Shown here piece after piece: positions 24,403-25,775 of a stretch of DNA of 25,775 nucleotides. A program made the position numbers and the translations under genes. Below the pieces are notes generated by a model. That model did not search any database. It saw only the letters and a list, made by a program, of their open reading frames with translations, and was not told where the DNA came from. Source of the DNA: Verrucomicrobiota bacterium (GTDB lineage: Bacteria > Verrucomicrobiota > Verrucomicrobiia > Chthoniobacterales > UBA6821); contig WBXG01000022.1 in NCBI GenBank assembly GCA_008932965.1, positions 1-25,775 on the forward strand. Direction: 5' to 3'. The first letter of the stretch is position 1. Every line of letters starts with the position of its first letter.

Positions 24403-25692
24403 TCAAGATCGGCGTCGCCCCTCACCAAAAAAACGATATCCTGTTTTTTTTGTTGGAGCATTATCACCAGCCGAAGGTTTCTTTTGAAAACTATCTCTGG
24501 AGCCAGAAGGAGAGCGACTTCTTCCACGAGAGGCTTCCTGAAGAGGAGGTGCCTGAACCTCCATGTTAAGTCCCTCCGCTTTTTTTCGTACTAATCCGCG
24601 ACCAATGAAACGTTCAAGCGAACGTAACGCTCCATGATCTTCCTGCATCACAAAACTAATAGCCTCCCCAATGGCTTTAGCACGACCTGTGCGCCCAATA
24701 CGATGCACATAATCTTCGTGATGGGGAGGAAAATCATAGTTAATCACATGTGAAATTCCATCAACATCAATACCACGAGCAGCAATATCAGTAGCAACTA
24801 AGACACGCACTTTTCCATCCTTAAAATCTTGCAATGCTCGCAAACGTTGGTTCTGAGAGCGATTGGAGTGAAGTGTTGCTGTTTTAATATTATTTTGCTC
24901 GAGACGTCGTGCAATACGATCGGCACCATGCTTGGTACGAGTGAAAACAAGAACCATAGTGTAGTGATCATGCTCAAGAAGATGCATCAGCAAGACTGGC
25001 TTGAGGTGATGCGGCACTTCATAAACACATTGGGTTACTGTTTCTGCTGGATTAGAACGGCGACCAATTTCAACAATCTTCGGATCACGAAGGAATTCAT
25101 GAGTTAATTTTTCAATTTCTCGAGAGAGGGTTGCTGAAAAAAAGAGCGTCTGGCGCTCGCGAGGAAGTAATTTAACAATTTGGCGAATCGCTGGAATAAA
25201 ACCCATATCGAGCATTCGATCTGCTTCATCAAGGACAAGATGTTCAACACACGAAAATGATTTTTCACGACCCCTTAGTAAATCAAGGAGTCGCCCTGGA
25301 GTCGCAATCACTAGATCCACCCCTTCATTCAATGCTTTTATTTGAGGCCGTTCACTCACTCCCCCATAAATAGTGGCAATTTTCAATGGAAGATATTTTG
25401 CATAGGCACGGGCATTCTCCTCGATTTGAACCACAAGTTCACGTGTAGGAGCAACCACAAGAAACCGGATGCGAGTAGCTTGATGATCTTTTTTTTCCTG
25501 CATCATCCTTGTTAAAAGAGGGAGAACAAAGGCAGCAGTTTTTCCAGTTCCTGTTTGAGCGATACCAATGAGATCTTTTCCTTCGAGAATAACGGGGATA
25601 GCAGCAGATTGAATCGGCGTAGGCTCGGTATAACCAGTTTCGGCAATAGCTTTAAGAATAGAAGAGTGAAGTCCTAGGGTTTGAAACGGCAT
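24403..25692 (-). CDS. rhlE: DEAD-box ATP-dependent RNA helicase (RhlE-like) with Arg/Gly/Ser-rich tail
   Basis: Motifs are the Q-motif region GYTEPTPIQ, AQTGTGKT, DEAD (VLDEADRM), SAT and HRIGRTGRA. The protein is 429 aa. Confidence 0.9.
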   Translation of the reverse strand: MPFQTLGLHSSILKAIAETGYTEPTPIQSAAIPVILEGKDLIGIAQTGTGKTAAFVLPLLTRMMQEKKDHQATRIRFLVVAPTRELVVQIEENARAYAKYLPLKIATIYGGVSERPQIKALNEGVDLVIATPGRLLDLLRGREKSFSCVEHLVLDEADRMLDMGFIPAIRQIVKLLPRERQTLFFSATLSREIEKLTHEFLRDPKIVEIGRRSNPAETVTQCVYEVPHHLKPVLLMHLLEHDHYTMVLVFTRTKHGADRIARRLEQNNIKTATLHSNRSQNQRLRALQDFKDGKVRVLVATDIAARGIDVDGISHVINYDFPPHHEDYVHRIGRTGRAKAIGEAISFVMQEDHGALRSLERFIGRGLVRKKAEGLNMEVQAPPLQEASRGRSRSPSGSRDSFQKKPSAGDNAPTKKTGYRFFGEGRRRS

Positions 25693-25775
25693 AGTCGACG
25701 AGACTAGAGGGTTATACTCAATATGAGAATGATAATCTTATTTAAACCACCACAGAATTCATGTGAAGTATTAGA

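Overview
This looks like a bacterial chromosomal window of moderate to low G+C. I found no rRNA, CRISPR array, transposase or integrase. I support 20 large protein genes, one small lipoprotein ORF missing from the ORF track, a possible gene 3' end at the left edge, three tRNAs and two hairpin terminators. In order, the content is: alpha-glucan phosphorylase, tRNA-Tyr, a DUF5069-like protein, rpsT and tRNA(CAT). Next comes a GT-C membrane glycosyltransferase divergent from a co-directional block of MsbA-like ABC exporter, two paralogous orphan GT-B-like proteins, a serine-palmitoyltransferase-like alpha-oxoamine synthase and a large GNAT-type acyltransferase. After that are an FmdB zinc-ribbon protein, asd, a YkuD L,D-transpeptidase, a 38-aa lipoprotein, a 753-aa AT-rich orphan membrane protein, a HAD hydrolase, TerC, an MFS transporter, a catalase-ankyrin pair, a SYLF-like secreted protein, tRNA-Lys and a DEAD-box helicase. 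Two things stand out. (1) The 6.7-13.6 kb block looks like an undescribed sphingolipid-like amino- or glyco-lipid synthesis and export locus. (2) A dense family of about 180-bp, TA-flanked, long-palindromic MITE-like repeats occupies many of the longer intergenic gaps: five full or near-full copies and four fragments. Several copies abut or supply stop codons. The taxon cannot be determined from the sequence alone. All product calls come from motif recognition by eye, not database searches.
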